From contig JAUZTB010000071.1 of assembly GCA_034780895.1 (NCBI GenBank), forward strand, positions 18,605,521-18,667,331: DNA of 61,811 nucleotides, given 5' to 3'. The stretch is from Rhynchobatus australiae. Lineage: Eukaryota. The notes below the pieces were generated by a model. The model had not been told where the DNA came from. It saw only the letters and a program-made list of their open reading frames with translations, and ran no database searches. Numbering within the stretch: position 1 is the first letter of the stretch; each line of letters opens with the position of its first letter. Of the stretch, positions 49,501 to 61,811 are shown piece after piece. The position numbers and the translations under genes were made by a program.

Positions 49501-51269
49501 AGAGCAAATTTTATTAAAGTAAGTATACTGGAATTAATTTGCCAAAATAAAATTAAACGTGCCCTGATTGTAAATGATACCTACTGCAGGATAAGTGAAT
49601 CACATGAGTGTTCAGGAACTGAACCTACAAGTCAAGCTAAAGTCTAAGAGTTGGGGGATCACATTAGTAGGACCAGCTACTTAATATCACACTAGAATAT
49701 TTGGTAAAGCTAGAAAAAGCTGCTTATGTACAGAAACATCTTGGTTTTATTTCTTCTGTTGACTGCACATCTATTTAAAAGTGAATGTTACTTGCATTAC
49801 ACCATAATAAGAAGGTAATTGCCTGTTCCAGGCTTCATTATGTCAGCATAAAGTATTAGATCTGGGACATCACACATCAAAAGTTTATGATCCACTGTCT
49901 TTTGTTGGCAATCATATAATGTACAGGGCATCAGTGAAAACAATTTTCTGTTATTTGATAGTGTCTTGTCAAATCACATTGGAGATTCTAGCCCAATAGT
50001 ATATTTATACATTCTTAAATAGCCCCTGAGGAAACCTGTCATCCTGTTAAAACAGAGAACCATTTTAACTGTATATTGAATTTCCAGTCTTCCGTATGTA
50101 CAGTAACATTTTCCTTAACCACTTAACTGCTGGAGTTAGTTCCATTTTTTCTAAGAATCCCCTTTTCTGTTTGCTTTCTGCATGATGTTTAGCACACATT
50201 TTTCTTCAGATTCACAACATTTGGAATTCACCCACTTTATGATTGTCAAGACAACCTTTTCAATGAATATAATAATCTTTGTCAGACAAGTGATTAAAGA
50301 CTGTGCTTACAATATGTTTTCTATTATATAATTGTCCCTAATACAATTACTGCACATTCCATATGCCAATTGTATAATATGATCTCATTGGCAACCAGTA
50401 CCAGTATAAAGTGACTGACAGAGAATGAATTCAGTAGTGCTTTTGCATCACAGAATGGAATAAAGTTACCAATCAGAAACAGGAAAAATAAAGGACACAG
50501 AATATTTTAAAATTTGGGTGGAACCCTGTATGCAAGCATTTCAGGTTCTAACTGGGGACACTGCATTCCCTATTTAATAGACCACCATGTAAACTCAGTA
50601 CATGTTCAAGTNNNNNNNNNNNNNNNNNNNNNNNNNNNNNNNNNNNNNNNNNNNNNNNNNNNNNNNNNNNNNNNNNNNNNNNNNNNNNNNNNNNNNNNNN
50701 NNNNNNNNNNNNNNNAGGGGCGGGACCTCTATGCTATGCTACCTGAGACCCAGTCACCATCTGGACCACATTAATCTCTCCATTCTAAGCTAGTATTATT
50801 ACCATTGTTAAGCTTTCCAGTTGTGTGTGAATTTTATGAATCTTCTATTCTAATGTTATTCTGTGCAAGACAAACCCATGTATCAATGTTATATATGCTA
50901 TATAACAGGAGCAAGCAAGACAGCTAAAGTGCAATTTAAAAACAGTATCTCTTTTAAGTGGGTGTTTATTTTTGTTAATGCATGGATTAGTATTTTCCTA
51001 TTCAAATGGCTACCCTTCAACTGGATCTCAAAATGGTATTGCCTGTCTGTGGAACCATAGCTTGGCTGACTTTCAGGGCATTTCAGGGGCGGGACCTCTA
51101 TGCTATGCTACCTGAGACCCAGTCACCATCTGGACCACAATACTCGACTTGAGCAAGATAAGCCTTCACCATCTGACCAAAGTAAGTGTGGCAGTGGATA
51201 GATAGTAGATGGCAATCCTGGGTGGGAACAGGGTCAGCTCTGTTATGGTGATAGCAAAGGAATTAGTGG

Positions 51270-51510
51270 TGGAATAAGGTATAGGTTTATCACACAGCAA
51301 ATAGTCATGATCTATAATGCATTGCCTCTAAAGGGAAGTGAAAGTAAATTCAATTGTTGCCCTCACAAGGGAATTAGATAGTTACCTTCAGGGAGAGAAT
51401 ACGGTGAGGTTATAGGAAAGGAACCAGGGAATGGGATTAACTGGATTGCTCATGTGGAGCCAATACAGACTAGATGAGCTGAATGGCCTCCTTCTATGCT
51501 GTACAGACTC
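51270..51510 (+). mobile_element. CR1 LINE 3' end, degenerate
   Basis: caagggaattagatagttacc...gggaatgggattaactggattgctc...gatgagctgaatggcctccttctatgctgta. Confidence 0.75.
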
Positions 51511-52066
51511 AACACTTTTAAGACACTGGTTCATTTTATTGTGACTCATAGTTCACATCAAGGCAAATGCAGAAAATAATAAATTTTGAATACAGTCTGA
51601 AAATCCTCAACATTCTGATAGAAACTGTAGACCATATGTTTAACTGGATCAGTCATATCTACAATGGTTAGAGCAGAGAGGAAGAGCCCAGTTACCCTGA
51701 TTTAGCTCAAGTGACAGAAAGCTAACATTCTGTCTAGAGCATGCAGAATCAAGAAACAGAACACTATCCAGGACAAAGAAGCCTGCCACACAGCAGCCTT
51801 CTCATTATTCTTGGCATCCACTCCTCCACTACTGACACACTGCAGTCCAACAGTGTGCACAGTTGCAAAAAGCTAAGCATATTTCATTACTACCTCTTAA
51901 CCCATGACCCTACTACAAAGAGGAAGAAGAATTGTGCAAAACCAAACACCATTACTTCCAAGTGTCACACCAAGTAACGTGGGGCCATGAGCCGGTCATA
52001 CATTGCCATTTTATTATTTTTGACTTTAAAATAGTGTCTACATTTCAAAAGTTGTTCTGTGACTGT

Positions 52067-52347
52067 AAAGATATCTTTATTAGTCACATGTACATCGAAA
52101 CACACAGTGAAATGTATCTTTTGCATAGAATGTTCAGTGGGCAGCCCGCAAGTGTCACCACACTTCCGGCACCAACACAGCATGCCCANNNNNCAACTTC
52201 CTAACCCATACATCTTTGGAATGTGGGAGGAAACCGGAGCACCTGGAGGAAACCCACACAGGCACGGGGAGAACATACAAACTCCTTACAGACAGTGACT
52301 GGAAATAAACCCAGGTCACTGGCACTGTAAGAGCATCACGCTAACCA
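52067..52347 (-). mobile_element. tRNA-derived V-SINE, near full length
   Basis: Colinear with 8808-9103; V-domain ctttggaatgtgggaggaaaccggagcacctggaggaaacccac and tail aagatatctttattagtcacatgtacatcgaaacac. Confidence 0.9.
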
Positions 52348-52399
52348 AAAAGCATTTTTGAAACAAGTTGAGTGAAATGCTCCATTTAAATTTTAGTCT

Positions 52400-52530
52400 T
52401 TTTCTTACTTGTTTCATCAAAATCCTGGAATTCTTGACTGAAACTATAGCTGGAGTATCATCACTTCAAGGACTTCAGTAATTCAAGATGACTATCCACC
52501 TCCTCCAACTGGTTAAAGAGGAGCAACAAC
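52400..52530 (+). mobile_element. CR1/L2-group LINE 3' remnant
   Basis: tcaaaatcctggaattc...ggagtatcatcacttcaaggacttcagtaattcaagatgactatccacctcc. Confidence 0.55.
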
Positions 52531-53825
52531 TACAATCTTGCTGTCATTCCCCCACACCCAACAACACATTTTAAGCCTATCAGGTAATAAACCAGGCTGA
52601 TGTTTCTTTCAAAATCCTTCTTTATGTAGCTATTCTGCAAAAGAAGCATTTGAAGGCTGAAATCAATGGACCTCCCAGTCAGAATCTGGTGAACAAATTT
52701 CCAGTGCACACCACTAACAATAACATTGACCATCAGCCTAAGTGCTTTGGCTGGTGCATTTGCCTCAGAGATTAACAAAAGCAATGCGGCCAAAGTCAAT
52801 TGTGTGCAATTGGCCTGTAGTCAAATAACTAAGTGGGATTTAAACACAATAGCGAAAATGGGATGCAAACAGGAAATGCAGGAATTCAAATTACTATATA
52901 CTGTTCCAATGTCTGACAAATATGAAAATGAAAGCAACAGTTTTCCTGTCATCTGCAATGTATGTACTGTTAACTATGTTCAGTGGATCTGAAATACCAC
53001 GTTAAATGGCCAATATTTTAGTATTAGGATCATAATCCTATTTGTAAAGGCTGAATGCCAATCCATTCAGTGACTAGCAATGAAAAATATCTGACCATGT
53101 TAAAATAATAAATTTGACTTTTCCAAATGATCTTTGACATAGTCTTGTTCCGAATACTATTACACATGCTTGCAGCTGAGTATTTCTTATGCCAAACTGT
53201 AGGAAGGTTTAGTGGTGCAGTTCATTAACCTTTCATCTGTGACACCCCATGACTTTAGCACATATTATTGAAACGGTATTTTCTCTCTGTGCTCAAAATG
53301 AGGATTTTGTATGAATTTTATATTGCACTCAACCTTTCTCCCTGTTTTGTATTGCCCAATATAATTCAGATTGGGAAACTAATCATTTATAACCCCTTAG
53401 GGAGGCTATATGCTCAGCAGATTCTTTATGTGGGGATATCATAGCAGGAACAAAGCAGGCAATGGGACACTGTCTCATGTCACTTTACAGCATTAGCAGG
53501 TAATAGGAGTGTGAATAATGGAACTTCCACTGCATATTGGTTTGAAAGTGCCAGCAGGTCAACTGCCACATGCATTCCCAGTGACAGGAGTGAGATTACC
53601 TAACATAGGCTAATTGGAAACTTTTCAGACTTTCAGCTCTTCCCTTTCCCATGAGGCTGTGAAATGCATTTGATTGATGAATTAAAACCCACCAAAATGG
53701 TTTCAAGTTAGGATGGGAAAACAGCTATTTGCAAGTCAGTGATTTTAAGTTCTTTCAAATGATAAAGATTTATTGATGCTATATTCTGGTAATTGATTGC
53801 CTATTAGCAATTATTTGAGTGTCAA

Positions 53826-53856
53826 ACAGTAGCTCAGTTGGTAGCACGGTCATTGA
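53826..53856 (+). mobile_element. tRNA-like SINE head truncated by a gap
   Basis: The A-box-like gtagctcagttggtagcac directly precedes an N run. Confidence 0.5.
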
Positions 53857-54844
53857 NNNNNNNNNNNNNNNNNNNNNNNNNNNNNNNNNNNNNNNNNNNN
53901 NNNNNNNNNNNNNNNNNNNNNNNNNNNNNNNNNNNNNNNNNNNNNNNNNNNNNNNNNNNNNNNNNNNNNNNNNNNNNNNNNNNNNNNNNNNNNNNNNNNN
54001 NNNNNNNNNNNNNNNNNNNNNNNNNNNNNNNNNNNNNNNNNNNNNNNNNNNNNNNNNNNNNNNNNNNNNNNNNNNNNNNNNNNNNNNNNNNNNNNNNNNN
54101 NNNNNNNNNNNNNNNNNNNNNNNNNNNNNNNNNNNNNNNNNNNNNNNNNNNNNGTTTGTCATGATGAAAACTGACCAGTGAGGAGCACACAGGCCAGTAT
54201 GGTTTCTAACTGCTGAGAAATTCCTGATGTTGAACTGAAGGGTGAAAAGTGAAATACTAACGTAAGCTGCAGTGTCAGAGTCACCAGATACTATGTTGGC
54301 TGGGTCCAGGCTTCTGTTTGCTGGTCTCGCTTTCCCTGAATGGTAGTCACATGATACACAACGGGAACATTGGGAAGTTCAGAACATTAGTCCCAGCTTC
54401 CAGCCATTCTCCACAAAGAAAGCAGCAATAACAATGAGTGTCATAACTTTATGGAAATCTTTTCATTGTGAGAAAACTTGACCAGATAACTGAATAGACC
54501 ATTGAAAGGGAAGCATATAATGTCTGTCATATTTAGGTTTGTGACATCCAGGATGGTTGAATGTGCATGAAATGATAGGAAGTTATGGTTTTAACTTTAC
54601 AAAAAAGAGCATGAAACAGTCCCTCCCAGCTAATTAATCAACTGTAGCTCTTTTGAGCTGTGATTACAAATTTTTGGACAGGCTAATATTATAAATTATC
54701 ATTCCCATGATTAATCAGACTTAGAAGATTGGCTGCAGGCATCAAACCATGTGGACACATTAGTGATTAAGTTTCTACTCTTACCACCTCTTTGGAAAAT
54801 AGTTTTCAACAGGAGGAGGAGACATGGGCTACGTTTATGGCTAA

Positions 54845-55071
54845 CGTGAGAGGGATAATTTTAAGGTGATTGAAGGAAGATATAAGGGGGATGTCAGAGG
54901 TAAGTTTTTTTACACAGAGAGTGGTGGGTGCATGGAACGCACTGCCTGCGGAGGTTGTGGAGGCAGATACATTAGGAACATTTAAGAGACTCTGAGATAG
55001 ACACATGAGTGATAGAGAAATGGGGGGCTATGTGGGAGGGAAGGGTTAGATAGATCTTAGAGCAGGATAAA
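54845..55071 (+). mobile_element. CR1 LINE 3' fragment
   Basis: ttttttacacagagagtggtgggtgcatggaacgcactgcctgcggaggttgtggaggcagatac translates as FFTQRVVGAWNALP; runs into the gap. Confidence 0.92.
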
Positions 55072-55751
55072 NNNNNNNNNNNNNNNNNNNNNNNNNNNNN
55101 NNNNNNNNNNNNNNNNNNNNNNNNNNNNNNNNNNNNNNNNNNNNNNNNNNNNNNNNNNNNNNNNNNNNNNNNNNNNNNNNNNNNNNNNNNNNNNNNNNNN
55201 NNNNNNNNNNNNNNNNNNNNNNNNNNNNNNNNNNNNNNNNNNNNNNNNNNNNNNNNNNNNNNNNNNNNNNNNNNNNNNNNNNNNNNNNNNNNNNNNNNNN
55301 NNNNNNNNNNNNNNNNNNNNNNNNNNNNNNNNNNNNNNNNNNNNNNNNNNNNNNNNNNNNNNNNNNNNNNNNNNNNNNNNNNNNNNNNNNNNNNNNNNNN
55401 NNNNNNNNNNNNNNNNNNNNNNNNNNNNNNNNNNNNNNNNNNNNNNNNNNNNNNNNNNNNNNNNNNNNNNNNNNNNNNNNNNNNNNNNNNNNNNNNNNNN
55501 NNNNNNNNNNNNNNNNNNNNNNNNNNNNNNNNNNNNNNNNNNNNNNNNNNNNNNNNNNNNNNNNNNNNNNNNNNNNNNNNNNNNNNNNNNNNNNNNNNNN
55601 NNNNNNNNNNNNNNNNNNNNNNNNNNNNNNNNNNNNNNNNNNNNNNNNNNNNNNNNNNNNNNNNNNNNNNNNNNNNNNNGGCCTTACCATTCCAGCACTT
55701 GAAACTCTGAACCAGAAATTTCAGAAGACTGGAGCCAACTTTGAGTGATTG

Positions 55752-56120
55752 AACACAGAACATAGAACAGTACAGCATAGGAATAGGCCCTTCTGCCCAT
55801 GTTGTTGTATTGAACAAATTAAACTAGAAATTAAGCACCTAACTAAACTAATCCTTTCTGTCCATAATCCTCCATTCTCTGCATATTCATGTGCCTATCT
55901 AAGAGCCTCTTAAATGCCTCTATCTTATTGGCCTCCACTACCACCCCTGGCATTCCAGGTACCCACCACTCTCTGTGTAAAGAACTTGCCCTGCATATCT
56001 CTTTTGAACTTCCTCCCTTTCACCTTAAATGCATGTCCTCTAGTATTAGACATTTTGATCCTGAGGAAAAGACACCAGCTCTCTACTTTATCTATGCTTC
56101 TCATAATCTTATAAATTCTA
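55752..56120 (-). mobile_element. CR1 LINE 3' end
   Basis: acagaacatagaacagtacagcataggaataggcccttctgccc ... acccaccactctctgtgtaaagaacttgcc ... ttaaatgcatgtcctctagtattagac. Confidence 0.92.
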
Positions 56121-56993
56121 CCAAGTTTCCTGCCCCCCCCCCTAAATTTAACATGTGTTATTAAACTATTTTAAATTAATACATTTTGTAACTTCTGGAA
56201 ATACCAGACTGTTTCAACAAACATCGTTTTAATTCTATTTTGAGTTTTATCACATTATCACAATAAAATTGGACACACCATACAACTGCTGTGACATTAT
56301 TCCTATCATAACTTTGGATGTGCCCAGGAGTCCTTAGGCAGAACTCCATTTTGCTGAGATTCTCTGGCTTTTCTGCTGAGAAATCACCTCTCAGATCCTG
56401 TCCCAAATTAGCCCTGGCACAATATCTAAGACCCAATTAATTTTATAGGGGATTATGGCACTGTAGAGAAGCCACAGTAAGGACCAAAAGGGAAGGTATC
56501 CCCTTCTTTTTAAATGATTTTGCTTCAGTTTAGATTTCTTTTCTCATTANNNNNNNNNNNNNNNNNNNNNNNNNNNNNNNNNNNNNNNNNNNNNNNNNNN
56601 NNNNNNNNNNNNNNNNNNNNNNNNNNNNNNNNNNNNNNNNNNNNNNNNNNNNNNNNNNNNNNNNNNNNNNNNNNNNNNNNNNNNNNNNNNNNNNNNNNNN
56701 NNNNNNNNNNNNNNNNNNNNNNNNNNNNNNNNNNNNNNNNNNNNNNNNNNNNNNNNNNNNNNNNNNNNNNNNNNNNNNNNNNNNNNNNNNNNNNNNNNNN
56801 NNNNNNNNNNNNNNNNNNNNNNNNNNNNNNNNNNNNNNNNNNNNNNNNNNNNNNNNNNNNNNNNNNNNNNNNNNNNNNNNNNNNNNNNNNNNNNNNNNNN
56901 NNNNNNNNNNNNNNNNNNNNNNNNNNNNNNNNNNNNNNNNNNNNNNNNNNNNNNNNNNNNNNNNNNNNNNNNNNNNNNNNNNNNNNNNNNNNA

Positions 56994-57020
56994 TGTGACT
57001 AATAAAGAAATCTTATATTG
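56994..57020 (+). mobile_element. V-SINE 3' terminus emerging from a gap
   Basis: atgtgactaataaagaaatctta is the reverse complement of the tail at 52067-52090. Confidence 0.7.
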
Positions 57021-58244
57021 ATCTAAAATGCTGTAGGACCATAAGATAGACACTTCACAACCAACCCAATAAGATTTGGCCCAATATCAAAGTCAGGTCT
57101 GATGAGTAATTGTAGTCACATTTGTCCTTCTACTCCCTTCTCCATACGGAAGTGTTACCAGCAAGATGAAAAGAATGCCATCTGCTGAAATGGTTAATAA
57201 AGAATGAAAAAATACATGGAAGAAAGAAAAGTACTGAAAGCATCATGAATGCCTAAGAGCATGAAAAAAGATCAGATGATGTCATTGGTTATGAACACTG
57301 AACTTACCTGAGAGCAGAGATGAGATCACCACCTCAAAATCAGCCCTATGTGTGATTTTTTTTTGTTCTATGAAATTCTATGACTACATTACTCTTTTTT
57401 TTGGAATATGTATCTCAGTAGCATTGCACTCTAAATAATTTATGCAGAACAGTCTCTATGCCAAAAGCCATTTCCCAATGACTGTACCTTTAAAGGAAGT
57501 TTGACAGGTACAGGTACTCCTGTGCCAACACCTTCAAACATGTTCACTGCAGGCATCCTTGCAGCAGATTGCATAGTGCTTTCCAGGTGCTTCAGGACAT
57601 TGATACGTACAGTTGGTTGCCTCTGCATTGCACAGTATGAGTTTGTCAGGTGGTTTTAATCTGCCTCTGGGGTAGGTTAGACTGGTTGCCATCTCACTGC
57701 TGTTCCTCTGCTTCTTCCTTCCTCAAGAAACATAGATTAAAATGAATCTATCAAGGGATAACCCACTCTGGCAATATCTTATAGTCAAGAATCAAGAAAG
57801 ACAATGAAACAGTGCTAATAACTTTGATGGTGATGTCTGGTGTTCAGAGATTGGGTTATAAGGATGAGGGAACTTAAAATGGAGTCATTTAAGATGTTGC
57901 AGTATAGTTGTTTATGACATTGTTAAGGAAATTAAGAACCAGAGAATTAAAATACTATTTATAGTAAATTGTGAAATAAGTATACATTACTTCAAATCAA
58001 TTAAAGGTGATTTTAGGACTGATATTGAGACATTTACCTTCACTCATCAAGTGATGGGCACATGGATCTGAATTCCAGTTGGAGTAGGAAAGGCAAAAAG
58101 CTTCTAATTATTTGCAGAAATATTTGGAGGTTACAGTGGGGAATCTTAGAATCTTTCCAGATGGTCGAATGAAGAAAAACAAAATAATAGCTTCCATCAA
58201 TGATTATCATGTGACATTGTTATATTGTAAGTTTCCTCTTAATC

Positions 58245-58720
58245 TATTCATTCAAAGAGTATGGATGTCACTGTTGAGGCTAGCATTTATTGCCCGTCCC
58301 AAATTCCACACTTATGGAAGTTGATCAGCTTGCCAAGCCATTTCAAAGGACAGTTGCAGGGTCAACCTAATTATTGTGCATCTGGAGTCACATACAGGCC
58401 AGACAGTATCAAGCTGACAGTTTTTCTTCCCTGAAGGATATTAAATGACCAGATGTATTTTTATGACAATCCAGTAATTTCTTGATCCTGGCTTCTTTTT
58501 CAATTTTGAGGATATTTCTAGCTTTTAGGATCATCGCCAATCCCGGCTTCTTTTTAAATTTCATCCATATTTAATTATTTGAGTTTAAATTCTTTATACT
58601 ACTGTGATGGGGATGAACATCACCATGTTAATCCCCGTCACAGTAGTATAAAGGATTTAAGAATAGGCCAGACCTCTGGATACTAGTTCTGCAGTTTAAC
58701 CAATATTACTACCACTGCCT
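58245..58720 (-). mobile_element. Old tRNA-derived elasmobranch SINE with a LINE-derived tail
   Basis: Tail ggctagcatttattgcccgtccc (shared with the 905-1300 family), body ctggagtcacatacaggccagac...ttccctgaaggatattaaatgaccagatg, and head cctctggatactagttc...actaccactgcc. Confidence 0.75.
58585..58660. repeat. Near-perfect inverted repeat (36-bp arms, 4-nt loop)
   Basis: ttaaattctttatactactgtgatggggatgaacat-cacc-atgttaatccccgtcacagtagtataaaggatttaa, with 33/36 Watson-Crick pairs. Confidence 0.95.
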
Positions 58721-61700
58721 TGCAATGGATGCAATAGACAACATATGTGATATGACATTTTCTGAGTATTTAAATGCTGAAGGGGAAAAGATAGACAAAA
58801 TTTAATGCAAGCGGCTTCAAAAAATTCAATTAAAAGCCTTTTTACACAAACAACTTCAGCATTCCAGGAGACCTATTTTATTTAACTGGAATTATCGACT
58901 ACTGGAAATTATTTGGTCATCTGAATGATGTCATTAGGGACACCTTTAACACTGCAGGTGGGAAAATGACCAACAACATATTTACTATCACTGGAAAACC
59001 TGACCAGGTAAATAAATGAGGGAGATTCACCATAACTAATCTCTCCTTGTACTTCTAATCATTAATAGATGTAATTGATTGGAAAATCTATCTCAGTGGT
59101 ACACCAGATATTACACTGCAAAAAAAAGAATTATCATACAGAGTTTTTATTATTGCAAATTTTAAAAAGTAATCATTCATATGTACAGATCTAAGGTATC
59201 TCCTGCACTATTGNNNNNNNNNNACTATTGAATTATTGGCCTACTTTCATCAAGTTACTTGAACAGCACTAATGTTAGGGAATTTCTGAGTGGTCTTATT
59301 TCTGAACCCCAAGATGAGGAAGACTCAAAATGTAAAAGATTTAAATTTTGAGTCTTCCTCATCTTAAAATTACTCACAGAATGAACATCTTCCACCTTAC
59401 GTCCATTCCTACGCTTCTTGGAAGATGCCAGCTTTTGTTTCTGTTTAATTCCATGTGCACATCAATCTCAATCCTTTTCTTATCTGACAACTATATAAGA
59501 CTGTTTTTACCAACAGTTTCAGATACATATGGAGATGAAGGGACACACTTATTTTCTGCTTCTCCCTTATCTGCATACGGAGGTTAAATGAACATTCACA
59601 ATAGATTATGTTAACTAAGAACATCTTTGGTCCATATAATGCACACTAGTGATCACCAAATCAGTAATCCATGTAGTTCCTGAATTTTTCTCATCTGCTG
59701 TATAATATTGAACTCAGACATGAAATCACTGAAAGATGGGGCCTGTTTTTTTTCTCTTTAACACTGGTGTATTGCTTTCCTGTACTAAAATAGTTAACTG
59801 TTTAAGTGGGTATTGCTGAAGGACCAGATGTGTTAAAACATTGAATTATCTAGTGGAATATTGACAGGATTGACTGAGATGTATGAATCTTGACTATTTT
59901 CATTCATTTTTTGGTTTGTAAAAGAAATAAAAGTCATAATAAAGCAATGTTGTTTTAACTTTATTTTCAGTGTTAAGGTACACGGAGAAATATGAATGCA
60001 GTAAGATACATGGCCAATTGATGCAACTGACCATTTGAGCAATTTACCACTATAATGTACATGAGCTGTACCTCATGTCGCAATGTATGACTGTGTGNNN
60101 NNNNNNNNNNNNNNNNNNNNNNNNNNNNNNNNNNNNNNNNNNNNNNNNNNNNNNNNNNNNNNNNNNNNNNNNNNNNNNNNNNNNNNNNNNNNNNNNNNNN
60201 NNNNNNNNNNNNNNNNNNNNNNNNNNNNNNNNNNNNNNNNNNNNNNNNNNNNNNNNNNNNNNNATTAAGGTGCGGGCTACACTTCATGGTAAACATGGCT
60301 ACACATGGTAAACTGAATGTACAGAAGGTTGGTATAGCCACGGTGATCAAGCACATGGAAATGGACTTCTGGCAAAGTTTCATCATTGAATGGTTGGGCA
60401 CAAGTATTCATCAGATGTATATCACTGTGACTCATTAAGAGAATTTTGTGTTAGAATATGTTTTGCAAGTTCATTACAAACTTAATATTCATCAAATATT
60501 TATAGCCATGTCAATTTACGACTTGCTAGATTGGCACTTGGGTTGTAGGAATACTTTCACATATTGGGAATGCTATAATTTAAAATCGAGATCTATATAT
60601 GGAGATGACAGCATGTAGAAGTAAATGAATTATTATCCCCTTGCTTTCTGTTTTCACATATATTAGCTTATATAGGACAACCTTCACATTATGGGTGTCA
60701 CGTGTACATCGAACAATGATGGTATGTTTGAAATTGCCTTGGAAACAAGGACTTATGTCTCCCAGCATGCTCTATCTGACTGACAGGTCACCTACTGAGG
60801 TCTATTAAGTCTTTCTGCTCTGTTACACACTGAAGAATGTGATGAAGGACACACATTTATCTCTCTGTCACTCACATTACATCAGGCTGCTCACTGATAA
60901 GGACTATTACCCTCCTGCCCCCCTCATCAAAAGGCCCTGTAGCAACTGCGAAGGTGTCCCCAGTAACTCTAGTGTTTTAAATGGCACCATTGTTTGCCTC
61001 ACAAGGCCTTGACAATTGGTCAGAGCAGTCTATGAGTATTCTAACACATCAGCCTGACAGAGTAACATCATCCTTATTGAGTTCAGATGACATTAGANNN
61101 NNNNNNNGACATTCTCATTACAGGCCTGAAATTTTAGTCAAAATAAGCTTCAGGGATCTTATCCTGGTAACAATTTAGCTGTGTTGTCTCTGATATTTCT
61201 GAGAATAAAAATAGGATTGACGGTTTCTTGCTCAGTGGATTGTACTTAAAGATCTAAAAATGTATTACAGAAAAAGCCATCTTGATCTCATTCGAAAGAT
61301 ATATTTTTGAAAAACTAGTAAACAGTAAAATTCTAATGAGAGTCTGATTTAAAGAACACACTTGAATAAAATACTCATCTTGGACAAGGGAGTTTAATGG
61401 CCAAAAATATCTTAAAGTTTCAGTTATTTTCAGTGTCTATGTGATTCAATTATATCACGTCAAATAAAGTGAGGTACTGCAACGCTACATTGAAGATCGT
61501 CGCTAATACTAGCCTGAAATCTCCAGCCAAATGTGACCAGTTTAATCATGCTAAGCAAAATTAACTTAGTTGTTTTTTTAAAAGCAGCATTCCCTTCCCT
61601 GGCCAGTACCACATTGTTCCTATCTAGTAAAAAAAGTTCTAAAGCAATTGCAGTTGGTTTAAAACCATAGTCACATGAGATTAGTTAAGGACACTCACGG

Positions 61701-61811
61701 AATCTGTGGAAAAACTGGGAAGTTTCTATTTTTTTGTAATAGCCACATGATATTGGTGAAACCAAGCATCCAGACCGAAGCCAACCTTAAGAGACCCAAA
61801 CCATCTGCAGG

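Noticed and set aside
53826-53856. tRNA gene
   Set aside because: Only an A-box-like fragment is visible before a gap, and it is more consistent with a SINE head.
36017-57053. Long ORFs in the track (e.g. 233, 212, 316, 281 aa)
   Set aside because: They consist almost entirely of X residues from N runs and are artefacts of assembly gaps.
1-61811. Prokaryotic-type systems (operons, CRISPR, defence islands)
   Set aside because: There are no long ORFs or repeat-spacer arrays, and the sequence is vertebrate repeat-rich non-coding DNA.

Overview
AT-rich, heavily gapped eukaryotic draft-assembly sequence with no recognisable intact protein-coding gene, rRNA, true tRNA or CRISPR array. Family assignments below come from my recollection of consensus sequences, not from a database search. 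The repeat complement is typical of a cartilaginous fish (elasmobranch, possibly a batoid): CR1/HER1-type LINE fragments, Rex1/Babar LINE fragments, L2 3' ends, SacSINE1-like DeuSINEs, tRNA-derived V-SINEs, Penelope-like element (PLE) ends, one Gypsy-type solo LTR and microsatellites. The window is most likely intronic or intergenic. A few minus-strand exon-like segments are only weak candidates. The most interesting signal is a family of short PLE-derived repeats at 7 loci that align to a minimal type I hammerhead ribozyme. Three of them are ~220-270 bp fold-back palindromes, and one has a perfect 15-bp target-site duplication. Also notable are a young 76-nt near-perfect hairpin inside an old SINE and several nested insertions.
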